Positions 47,852 to 55,688 of a stretch of 64,000 nt of DNA are shown piece by piece. The DNA is from Planctomycetales bacterium (GTDB lineage Bacteria > 4484-113), in contig JAUWGS010000002.1 in the NCBI GenBank assembly GCA_030606285.1, positions 125,612 through 189,611 of the forward strand. The letters are read 5' to 3'. A model generated the notes under the pieces. It did not search any database. It was not told where the DNA came from and saw nothing but the letters and a program-made list of their open reading frames with translations. A program made the translations under genes and the position numbers. How positions within the stretch are numbered: the stretch's first letter is position 1; each line of letters starts with the position of its first letter.

Positions 47852-48439
47852 ATGTCGCCAACAGATCTACTGGCTGTCCTCCTACCCCGGGCGCGGCGAG
47901 CGATACTCGCCGAGCTTTTCGCGCGTCCGGACGAGCGGCTGCACCTGCGCGAGCTTGAACGGCGCACCGGTCTTAATGCCAAAGGACTGATGCGCGAGCT
48001 GCATTCGCTCACCGAGGCCGGCATACTCGCAGCGCAGCGCTCCGGTAATCGAGTATACTACCGGGCCAATCCCGATTGCCCGATTTACTCGGAGCTGCGC
48101 GCACTGGTTCTCAAGACCGCAGACCTCGCGGGAGTCTTGAAGCAGGCGCTTGAGCCGCTTGCCGACCGCATCGTACTCGCATACATCTACGGTAGTCACG
48201 CCACAGGCGAAGCCGGTCCAGAAAGCGACATTGATCTTATGCTGGTGGGTGAGCTTGCGCTTTCGGACATCGCATCGCCCATCGCGGAGGCCGAGCGGGC
48301 GCTTTCCCGCGAGGTTAGCCCGACGCTCTACGCGCCCGAAGAATACCGGCGCAAGGCCAGCGACGAAGACGGCTTTGTGGCGAAGGTGCATCGCGGCGCG
48401 AAGATTGTATTGCTGGGAGACGCAGATGAAGCTGTATAA
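47852..48439 (+). CDS. winged-HTH plus minimal nucleotidyltransferase (MNT) protein, paralog of 23912-24517
   Basis: GSHATGEAGPESDIDLMLVGE NTase motif. N-terminal wHTH. Start overlaps a palindrome GGCGAtatgTCGCC. Confidence 0.7.
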   Translation: MSPTDLLAVLLPRARRAILAELFARPDERLHLRELERRTGLNAKGLMRELHSLTEAGILAAQRSGNRVYYRANPDCPIYSELRALVLKTADLAGVLKQALEPLADRIVLAYIYGSHATGEAGPESDIDLMLVGELALSDIASPIAEAERALSREVSPTLYAPEEYRRKASDEDGFVAKVHRGAKIVLLGDADEAV

Positions 48440-48440
48440 G

Positions 48441-48902
48441 ATGGAGGAGCGCGGGTACCTCGCGCGGATCACGCCCAGCAGGGACGATCTGGCGCACCTG
48501 ATAACCGCGATCCAACGCCGGCTGATGGATGCGAAAAACGTAACCGTTACGCGGGAGAACCGGCTCCAGCAGGCGTACCAGGCCGTCTTGCAGGTCGCCA
48601 TCGCCGCGCTTCACGCGAAGGGCTACCGGCTGAAGAGCAAGCCCGCGCATCACGTTATGGCGATAGAGAGCCTGGAGCACACCATCGGCGTTGAGCGTGG
48701 GCTGCGCGACTACTACCAGTCGCTGCGCAAGCGTCGCCACGACGTAATCTACGACGCCATCATCTCGGTGTCGGAACAGGATCTGGAGGAGGCTATAGAG
48801 CGTGCTGAAGGCCTGTTCGCAGCATTCCGCGAATGGCTGGAGAAATATCAGCCGGATCTGGTGGACGCCTCCATCTGGCACCGCCCGGCGGATCCAGGCT
48901 AG
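48441..48902 (+). CDS. HEPN / NTase-substrate-binding-like protein, paralog of 24480-24926
   Basis: ATG directly after the MNT stop (alternative ATG at 48426). R-x4-H segment LRKRRHDVIYD. Confidence 0.55.
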   Translation: MEERGYLARITPSRDDLAHLITAIQRRLMDAKNVTVTRENRLQQAYQAVLQVAIAALHAKGYRLKSKPAHHVMAIESLEHTIGVERGLRDYYQSLRKRRHDVIYDAIISVSEQDLEEAIERAEGLFAAFREWLEKYQPDLVDASIWHRPADPG

Positions 48903-49107
48903 CACGACCGCGCGTTGTCTTATCCTCCTTCCCCGGCTACCGGCTATTTACCCGCCATAGTCACGCGCCTTGCGCGACGACGGCGGGCTGGTCACTGGCT
49001 ACTGGCTACACGATATTTTCTCCCCTCGCGTCAAACCCGCATCTAGCGCGGTATAATACATATGCGGGGCGCTAATAGACGCGCATTCCGCAGTGGAACA
49101 TTTACAT

Positions 49108-49473
49108 GGGGGTGACCTGGTTTCGACCGGAAGAGTTGAAGGCGAGGTCGCGGCAGGTGGCAGCCCACGACGTCCACCTAAATCACGCGTGGGAATGGTT
49201 CAAGCGCCAACTATCAGCTTGCTGCAGCTTAAGCTTTAGGCTGCACCTCGATCGGCGCGTCGCCCGGGGCGCGTCGGCGGGGCAAAGTTCCCGGGCTTTC
49301 CGCCGGAGCTGGCCGGCCCGGTGGGAGACATAGGCCTGCACCTCAGGGGCACGGGTGTTCGCGCGCCGTCCCTTTGGTTAAGAGCGCCTGACGCGAAAGA
49401 GCGTGGACTATTGCCGTAGACGCCGCACCGGAAGCTTCCTGGGACGGGGGTTCGACTCCCCCCACCTCCACCA
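49108..49473 (+). ncRNA. ssrA: tmRNA (ssrA), 366 nt, CCA encoded; predicted tag ending ...ANYQLAAA*
   Basis: 5' GGGGGUGACCUGGUUUCGAC start. Acceptor pairs GGGGGUG / CACCUCC with a G3:U70 wobble (AlaRS identity element). 3' GGACGGGGGUUCGACUCCCCCCACCUCCACCA T-arm and acceptor. In-frame tag gcc aac tat cag ctt gct gca gct taa. Confidence 0.8.
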
Positions 49474-49475
49474 GC

Positions 49476-49498
49476 CTTCGCCAAGGCTTCGGCTGGCA
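49476..49498 (+). repeat. left copy of 23-nt identical direct repeat ccttcgccaaggcttcggctggc, immediately 3' of the tmRNA CCA
   Basis: Identical to 50216-50238. Contains an imperfect hairpin with GCTTCGGC (UUCG-type loop). Confidence 0.7.
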
Positions 49499-49616
49499 AG
49501 CCCGTTCTCGTATAGATGTGCTGAGAGCGTCGAGGATTCATTCTCTTGCGAAGGCTGGTGCCCGACGTAGCTTTAGCGAAGTCGGGCCGGCGTCTCCTGC
49601 AAGATTGGGGGAACGT

Positions 49617-49859
49617 ATGCACTACGTATACTTGCTGAGAAGCACATCTGAACCCAAGCAAACTTACATCGGGATCACAACAGACCTGAAGAAGCGCTTG
49701 GCGAAACACAACAACGGCAGCGGTTACCACACGTCTAAGTACCGCCCGTGGGAGTTCGTTATGTACTGCGGCTTCCGATCCTCTGAGCGGGCTACCGCAT
49801 TTGAGGCTTATCTGAAGACTGGTTCGGGCAGGGCGTTCGCCCGCCGGCATTTCTGGTAG
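49617..49859 (+). CDS. small GIY-YIG nuclease-superfamily protein (YhbQ-like), copy 1
   Basis: HYVYLLRSTSEPKQTYIGITTDLKKRLAKHNNG (GIY...YIG). 80 aa. GGGGGAACG RBS. Confidence 0.7.
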   Translation: MHYVYLLRSTSEPKQTYIGITTDLKKRLAKHNNGSGYHTSKYRPWEFVMYCGFRSSERATAFEAYLKTGSGRAFARRHFW

Positions 49860-49892
49860 CCTTCTCGCTCGCAGCCCTGCGAAGAGAGAAGG
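49860..49892 (+). terminator. imperfect hairpin after GIY-YIG copy 1 (ccttctcgctcgcag-ccc-tgcgaagagagaagg), no T-tract
   Basis: 14-15-bp inverted repeat read by eye. Terminator function not established. Confidence 0.25.
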
Positions 49893-49955
49893 ATGGTGCC
49901 CTCCATAGCCTTGGCGACGGAGGGCTAAATGGCCCATTGAAACTGCGAGCTACAG

Positions 49956-50213
49956 ATGGCAGGCCATATGATGTACTACACTTACGTCCTTGAGAGTGAA
50001 GCAAAGCCCGGGGTGCGTTATATCGGACATACATCCGATCTCAAGCAACGCATTTCTAATCACAACAGCGGAAAAAGTGCTCACACCGCGAAACTGCGTC
50101 CCTGGAAACTCAAGCTCTATATTGCATTTGAAGATCTCGAACATGCCCGGCGTTTCGAGCGCTACTTGAAGAGTGGCTCCGGCCACGCGTTCGCCACTCG
50201 CCACTTCTGGTAG
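49956..50213 (+). CDS. small GIY-YIG nuclease-superfamily protein (YhbQ-like), copy 2 (true start possibly MMYYTYVL, a few codons in)
   Basis: YYTYVLESEAKPGVRYIGHTSDLKQRISNHNSG. About 50% identical to copy 1. Stop abuts the right direct repeat. Confidence 0.7.
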   Translation: MAGHMMYYTYVLESEAKPGVRYIGHTSDLKQRISNHNSGKSAHTAKLRPWKLKLYIAFEDLEHARRFERYLKSGSGHAFATRHFW

Positions 50214-50215
50214 CC

Positions 50216-50238
50216 CCTTCGCCAAGGCTTCGGCTGGC
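50216..50238 (+). repeat. right copy of the 23-nt direct repeat
   Basis: Identical to 49476-49498. Confidence 0.7.
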
Positions 50239-50292
50239 GAGTTCAGCTTCGCTCCTATCGGCGCTTCGCTCACAGTCGCTGCTCAGAACAGC

Positions 50293-51291
50293 CTACACCC
50301 GGCTTTCGTCTCCCTGAGCCTCTTCCTGTTCGACTGTCTTGGCGCGTTCCCGTGCGGCTTTCTTCACCGCGCCCACGCTGGCCGAAGGCTCGAAGATGAC
50401 GCTGTAGGGCGGCAGGTTTGAGGTGAGGAACACTCTTGCGCCGATGATCGAGTGGTGTCCCACGGTAATCCGCCCCAGCACGGTGGCTCCGGCGTAGATC
50501 ACCGTGTCGTGCTCAATGATGGGGTGGCGCGGGACGCATTTCTTCGGGCGCCCGGTTTCCTCGTCCATCTCGAACTTCTTGACCCCGAGTGTCACAGCCT
50601 GGTACAGCCGCACGCGGTCCCCGAGCACACAGGTCTGACCGATCACCACACCAGTGCCATGGTCGATGAAAACTTCCTCGCCGATCTGAGCACCCGGATG
50701 AATGTCGATGCCGGTCAGGCTGTGGGCTTGCTCGGTGATGATCCGTGGAATGATGGGAACCCCGAGATTGTAGAGTTCGTGGGCGATGCGGTAGCTGGTC
50801 AGTGCCATCATATTGGGGTAACAGAAGATCGGCGCTTCCGGGATCGTCACCGCGGGGTCCCACTCGTAGCTGGCCCGGGCGTCCGCCATCAGCTTGCGCT
50901 TGATCTCCGGCAAGGCTTCAAGGAACGAATCGATGACTTGTTCCGTTTGGTCAGGCGCTGCAAGCACGCGGATGCCCGGAAACTGGCGGCCTTCAATGTA
51001 ACGCAGAGCGTGGCGGGTCTCCTCTTGTAGCGTGTAAAGCGCCTGATCGAGGTTGGCCCCGATGTGGTAACCCTGGGTATCGGTACGGAATTCGCGGTAG
51101 CCGAAATAGCCGGGGAACATGACCCGGCGAAGTTCTTCCACGCATTCCAGAACTTTGTGCCTCGAAGGCAAAAACACGTTAGCGAAGCGCCGGTTATGCT
51201 CGTGCTCGTGCCAGGCCGGCGGCTTGCACAGCTCCTCGACTACCCAGTTCACTTTCTCGTTGCGGTTCTCGCCGCTGTTGGTGATGCCCAT
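50293..51291 (-). CDS. cysE: serine O-acetyltransferase (long form with N-terminal SATase domain)
   Basis: Hexapeptide-repeat region GIDIHPGAQIGEEVFIDHGTGVVIGQTCVLGDRVRLYQAVTLG plus N-terminal helical domain. 332 aa. Confidence 0.75.
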   Translation of the reverse strand: MGITNSGENRNEKVNWVVEELCKPPAWHEHEHNRRFANVFLPSRHKVLECVEELRRVMFPGYFGYREFRTDTQGYHIGANLDQALYTLQEETRHALRYIEGRQFPGIRVLAAPDQTEQVIDSFLEALPEIKRKLMADARASYEWDPAVTIPEAPIFCYPNMMALTSYRIAHELYNLGVPIIPRIITEQAHSLTGIDIHPGAQIGEEVFIDHGTGVVIGQTCVLGDRVRLYQAVTLGVKKFEMDEETGRPKKCVPRHPIIEHDTVIYAGATVLGRITVGHHSIIGARVFLTSNLPPYSVIFEPSASVGAVKKAARERAKTVEQEEAQGDESRV

Positions 51292-51510
51292 GATGACTCC
51301 ATGATTTTTAGCCAGTATCTTACATCATTGCGGGCGCGCTACTCACTGCTTGCACTGCGCAGCCTAAGCGCCAGCATTCTGTGCCAGTTTCTTCGGAACA
51401 TTCGCGCGGGGGTTTGGGGCATGATGGACCCGCTTATCGCTGCCATGGCTGCTATCGCAGTCACATCCCAGCCGTCGGTTATTGGAGCCTCTTTTCTGTT
51501 CCGGATTGGC

Positions 51511-52422
51511 TTAGGGTGCGGATTCCCCAGCAGCTTCCGATGCAGCGGGCGGTTCCTTGAATAGCTCCGCCACGCCGGCAATCGAGCCAAGAATCCCGCT
51601 TACCTCCGCCGGCAGGATTATCTTGGTCGCCTTGCCGTCGGCGAGCTTCTCCATCATCTCAAGATAGCGAATGGCGATGAGGTCGTTGGTAGGTCTGCCT
51701 TCGTGGATGGAGTTAAAAACAGTGATGATTGCTTCAGATTTGCCTTCCGCCTCCAGTATCTGCGCCTGCTTAAATCCCTCGGCTTTCAAGATGCGAGCCT
51801 GCTTGTCACCCTCCGCCTCGCGGATCGCCGCCATCTTCACACCTTCAGCATCCAGGATGACCGCGCGCTTTTCACGCTCCGCCTTCATCTGCTTCTGCAT
51901 CGCTTCGGTGATTTCGGGCGGCGGGATGATGTTCTTCAGCTCCACGCGGTTCACCTTCACGCCCCACTTGTCGGTCGCCGTGTCCAGAATCTCGCGAAGC
52001 ATCGTGTTGATCCGGTCACGGCTCACGAGCGTCTGATCAAGCTCCAGATCGCCCACAACGTTACGCAGCGTGGTCACGGTCAGTTTCTCAATACCCATAA
52101 CCGTACTGGCAATCTCATAGACGGCGCGAAAGCTGTCCATAACCTGGTAGTACATCACCGCGTCAATCTTGATGCCAACGTTATCCTTGGTGATGACCTG
52201 CTGCGGCGGATGGTCGAGCACCTGTTCGCGCATGTCAACGCGAGCACGCACCCTATCCACGAAGGGGATGATGACACTCAGACCTGGATGGAGAGTGCGG
52301 CTGTACCGCCCCAAGCGTTCGATTATCCACTCGTGTGCCTGGGGAACCACCTTCACCGAATTGGAGAAGACGATCAGAACAAATACAATGAGGACAAATA
52401 TGCCAAGGCCTGTTGCTTCCAT
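51511..52422 (-). CDS. SPFH/band-7 (stomatin-like) membrane protein
   Basis: N-terminal TM then SPFH domain (VITKDNVGIKIDAVMYYQV) and C-terminal coiled-coil-like EA-rich region (EAEGDKQARILKAEG). Partner of NfeD. Confidence 0.8.
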   Translation of the reverse strand: MEATGLGIFVLIVFVLIVFSNSVKVVPQAHEWIIERLGRYSRTLHPGLSVIIPFVDRVRARVDMREQVLDHPPQQVITKDNVGIKIDAVMYYQVMDSFRAVYEIASTVMGIEKLTVTTLRNVVGDLELDQTLVSRDRINTMLREILDTATDKWGVKVNRVELKNIIPPPEITEAMQKQMKAEREKRAVILDAEGVKMAAIREAEGDKQARILKAEGFKQAQILEAEGKSEAIITVFNSIHEGRPTNDLIAIRYLEMMEKLADGKATKIILPAEVSGILGSIAGVAELFKEPPAASEAAGESAP

Positions 52423-52444
52423 TTCCTTCCTCCTGGAAAGGTAA

Positions 52445-53047
52445 TTATGATTGTGATTCGTCGGTGGGTTGCTCGCCGCGAGCTTGCTCTGGCGGTAGCG
52501 CCTCTACGACCACCTTATTTCCGGATATCCTGAGAACCTTCGCCCGTGTGCCTTTCGGCAGGTGCTCGGGCCCCGCTCCAATACAGCTCCAAGGCTCGCC
52601 CTGAATCACGATTGTTCCCTTACTGACGTCACCGCCTACTTCACGCGTAATCGTCCCCACCGCACCCACGAGTGCTGCCACATTGCTGGCACGGCTTTCC
52701 TTGGCCAAGAGAAACATGCGGCGGCTGATGGGACGAATGAAGATGAGCAGAAATGCAGAGGTGACAACGAAAACGGCAAGCAGGATGAGAACCTGATTGG
52801 TGAAGAAGGCAAACGCCATCGTGATGAGGGCAGCAATACCGAAGAAAAAGAGGTAGAAGGTCGGTGCGGTCATCTCCAGCAGCAACAGCACCACTCCGAC
52901 TACGAGCCAGAACACCCATCCGCCGAAGAATGGACTTAAGGCGTTACCCTCCCCAGCGAGTGACGCATCCGCCCGCGCCGCAAGCGCAAAGGGCAGCAAA
53001 AGACTGAGTGCAAATATGAAGTGCCTTCTCATGTGTATTCCCCGCAT
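52445..53047 (-). CDS. NfeD-family membrane protein (stomatin operon partner, short form)
   Basis: Signal peptide plus TM region then C-terminal OB-fold-like GTIVIQGEPWSCIGAGPEHLPKGTRAKVLRISGNKVVV. Immediately upstream of the stomatin gene on the same strand. Confidence 0.7.
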   Translation of the reverse strand: MRGIHMRRHFIFALSLLLPFALAARADASLAGEGNALSPFFGGWVFWLVVGVVLLLLEMTAPTFYLFFFGIAALITMAFAFFTNQVLILLAVFVVTSAFLLIFIRPISRRMFLLAKESRASNVAALVGAVGTITREVGGDVSKGTIVIQGEPWSCIGAGPEHLPKGTRAKVLRISGNKVVVEALPPEQARGEQPTDESQS

Positions 53048-53278
53048 ACCGCCTAGCAGCTATTGTAGCAGAAGCCGCGTTTCGGTGAGGGGGTATGGGG
53101 CTGGCCAGCCCCACGTCCCCTTGGCTTAGCTGTGGATTCCTTCGTTTTAGGAATCATTTTTCCTACCGTGTTTCCGCGCAGGCAATCTGCTGCATAGGCA
53201 CATCTACCAGAAAAGGTTGCCTGAACCAACGTTTGACGGTATAGTGAAAGTTCAGATGTCGAGGAGGTAGGCGATCAT

Positions 53279-54421
53279 ATGAATTTACACCTGAAACTGC
53301 CACGGATGCCGAAGCTCAGGATCGGCAAACTGGTGGCCAAGATTCCGATCATACAAGGAGGTATGGGCGTCGGAATCTCGCTTTCAGGCCTTGCATCGGC
53401 CGTGGCAAGGGAGGGTGGCATAGGAGTGATCGCAACCGCCGGGATCGGTATGCTGGAACGGGACTTCCAGAGTAATCTCAAGGCGGCCAACGAGCGGGCT
53501 CTGCGCCGCGAGATCAGACAGGCGCGAAAAAAAACCGATGGCATCATCGGTGTGAATATTATGCTGGCCCTGTCGGATTACGGTGAACTCTGTCGGGCGG
53601 CAATCGAGGAGGGTATCGACCTGGTCATCCTCAGTGCGGGACTTCCGCTGAAGGTCCCTGATAACATGCCACCGGACTGGCCTCGGGGCTGCAGCAGCAT
53701 GATCGTGCCCAAGGTGTCCTCCGGCCGGGCTGCCCGTCTGATATTCCAATACTGGGCAAGACACTACGACCGCGTGCCTGACGCTGTTGTTCTCGAAGGG
53801 CCGATGGCTGGCGGTCATCAAGGATTCCGCAAGGAAGACCTGGACAATCCAGACTTCGGGGTGGAAAAGCTGGTACCCGATGTCATCGCTGCAGTGCGCC
53901 CCTTCGAGCAGCGTTACGGGCAGCAAATCCCGGTGATTGTTGGCGGTGGCATCTTCACGGGCGCGGATATTCACCGCTTCTTGCAGATGGGCGTCCAGGG
54001 CGTGATGATGGGCACGAGATTCGTGGCCACATACGAGTGTGACGCCCACGAGCACTTCAAGGAAGCGTACTTGAACTGCCGGAAGGAGGATATGGTCGTA
54101 ATCGACAGCCCGGTTGGGCTGCCGGGCCGGGCTATTCTCAATAAATACTTGAAGGACGTGGCCGAGGGGATCCGCAAGCCATACAAGTGTTTCTGGAAGT
54201 GTCTTCGCACCTGCGATGTCCGGAACGCGCCCTACTGCATCGCCCAGGCTCTGACTAACGCCAAGAAGGGCCTGCTCGAGGAGGGCTTCGCATTCGCGGG
54301 CTACAACGCATACCGCGTGAACAAGATCGTTTCGGTGAAGAATCTCATCGAATCGCTGGTCTGGGAATACCAGCGCGCAGTGGCGGCGGCGACTGCGACA
54401 CTGCGACCCGTACACGCCTGA
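53279..54421 (+). CDS. nitronate monooxygenase / FabK-like FMN-dependent oxidoreductase (NMO family)
   Basis: PIIQGGMGVGIS motif, TIM-barrel NMO signature; 380 aa. Confidence 0.65.
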   Translation: MNLHLKLPRMPKLRIGKLVAKIPIIQGGMGVGISLSGLASAVAREGGIGVIATAGIGMLERDFQSNLKAANERALRREIRQARKKTDGIIGVNIMLALSDYGELCRAAIEEGIDLVILSAGLPLKVPDNMPPDWPRGCSSMIVPKVSSGRAARLIFQYWARHYDRVPDAVVLEGPMAGGHQGFRKEDLDNPDFGVEKLVPDVIAAVRPFEQRYGQQIPVIVGGGIFTGADIHRFLQMGVQGVMMGTRFVATYECDAHEHFKEAYLNCRKEDMVVIDSPVGLPGRAILNKYLKDVAEGIRKPYKCFWKCLRTCDVRNAPYCIAQALTNAKKGLLEEGFAFAGYNAYRVNKIVSVKNLIESLVWEYQRAVAAATATLRPVHA

Positions 54422-54765
54422 GCCCTGCGACCACAGTGTGTGCCCGGACGCTCCTTCAGCGAATAAGGGAACTCAGACGCCGGCGGACATTCACCGCCCT
54501 CAGATGCTTCTCTTCTTTCGTTCGCTGTCCAGTACTCCCGCCCTGTCCGGCCCCACCTGCTCAATAGTTGCATTCCCCCCCGCCCTGTGGTATTATTATG
54601 TTGCGCTGTTAGCAGCGCGAGTGCACTTAAAGGATGATTTCTTCCCGACCCTTCGATGGCTGCCTGGTGAGTGTTCCAGCGTTAGTGGTTATTCCCAGTC
54701 TAGCATCCGTGGGCAAGGTCCGAAGCGCCTTTGTGTGCCCCAACTAACCACAAGGAGTTTGTATT

Positions 54766-55053
54766 GTGAACATTTACGTAGGTAACCTGTCTTTTGACTG
54801 TTTGGATGATGACCTCAAGACTGCCTTTAGCGCTCACGGCCAGGTGGAATCTGCAAGAGTCATCTCCGACAAGTACACCGGCAAGTCACGGGGCTTTGGC
54901 TTCGTGGAGATGGCCAACGACACCGAGGCGCAGGCTGCGATTGCAGCTTTGAACGGCACCGAGCTGAAGGGACGCGAGATCAAAGTCAACGAGGCGCGGC
55001 CAAAGACCCAGAGCCGTCCCAGAGGCGGCGGCGACCGCGATCGCGGCTGGTAG
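54766..55053 (+). CDS. RNA-binding protein with single RRM domain and Gly/Arg-rich tail (GTG start)
   Basis: RNP-2 IYVGNL and RNP-1 RGFGFVEM. About 330-nt untranslated leader upstream. Confidence 0.8.
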   Translation: MNIYVGNLSFDCLDDDLKTAFSAHGQVESARVISDKYTGKSRGFGFVEMANDTEAQAAIAALNGTELKGREIKVNEARPKTQSRPRGGGDRDRGW

Positions 55054-55187
55054 TCGAACTCTGCACCTTTACACCAGGGGCCTGCGTCGCACGTGCGTCG
55101 CGGGCCCCTTCTCGCATTCTGCATCCATGCCACCGCGCAATGAGGGCGTGCGGTTCGCGTGGCCGGTAACTGCTGGAGTTTTCGGGG

Positions 55188-55658
55188 CTAAGGCTCCTCG
55201 CCGCTCACCTTGTTGATATCAAGTATGCCCTCGGAGGCTTCCCGCTCTTCCTTCGCTTTCTTGCACGCCGGGCACAGGCCAAGGAGCTCCAGCCGATGCC
55301 CGATAACCTCATAGTCGCAGAGATCGCGGAACGCCTGCTCCAGGTATGTAAACGGCTGCACGGGCAGATTCTCCACCCGGCCGCAGCGTGCGCATCTGAC
55401 GTGGTAATGGTCCTTCGTGTCGGCGTCGAAGTGCTTCTTCGAGCAGCCGACTTCGAGCACCTGGATCTTTCCCCATTCGCATAGGGCTTCGAGGTCCCGG
55501 TAGATGGTGCTCATGCTGATGCGCGGCAGGCGCTTCCTGACCGCCTCGTAGACCTCGTCGGCCGTGGGATGGCAGTCAAGTTTCCTTATTTCCTCGAGGA
55601 TAACCCGCCGCTGCCGGGTCATCCTGAGTTCCTGATTTGACGAATTGCGATTACCCAA
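55188..55658 (-). CDS. Fur-family transcriptional regulator (Fur/PerR/Zur-type), copy 2
   Basis: MTRQRRVILEEI DNA-binding helix. Two CxxC pairs (RCARCG, CPACK). Start 30 nt after the nuoF-like stop; alternative start MTRQRR. Confidence 0.7.
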   Translation of the reverse strand: MGNRNSSNQELRMTRQRRVILEEIRKLDCHPTADEVYEAVRKRLPRISMSTIYRDLEALCEWGKIQVLEVGCSKKHFDADTKDHYHVRCARCGRVENLPVQPFTYLEQAFRDLCDYEVIGHRLELLGLCPACKKAKEEREASEGILDINKVSGEEP

Positions 55659-55688
55659 GTACAGACATTTTACCTCATCTTTCTGTAC

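Larger units (their letters stand above)
49474..50241 (+). mobile_element. ~0.77-kb cassette with two tandem small GIY-YIG genes inserted at the 3' end of ssrA, bounded by 23-26-nt direct repeats; no recombinase gene
   Basis: Direct repeats at 49474-49500 and 50216-50241. Classic ssrA-3' integration position. Confidence 0.4.

Noticed and set aside
48903-49107. Possible additional small gene or att site between HEPN copy 2 and tmRNA
   Set aside because: No ORF with RBS. Contains a TATAAT box (about 49047) and an imperfect inverted repeat, most simply read as the ssrA promoter/leader. No direct repeat matching the cassette cores was found flanking the second MNT-HEPN pair.
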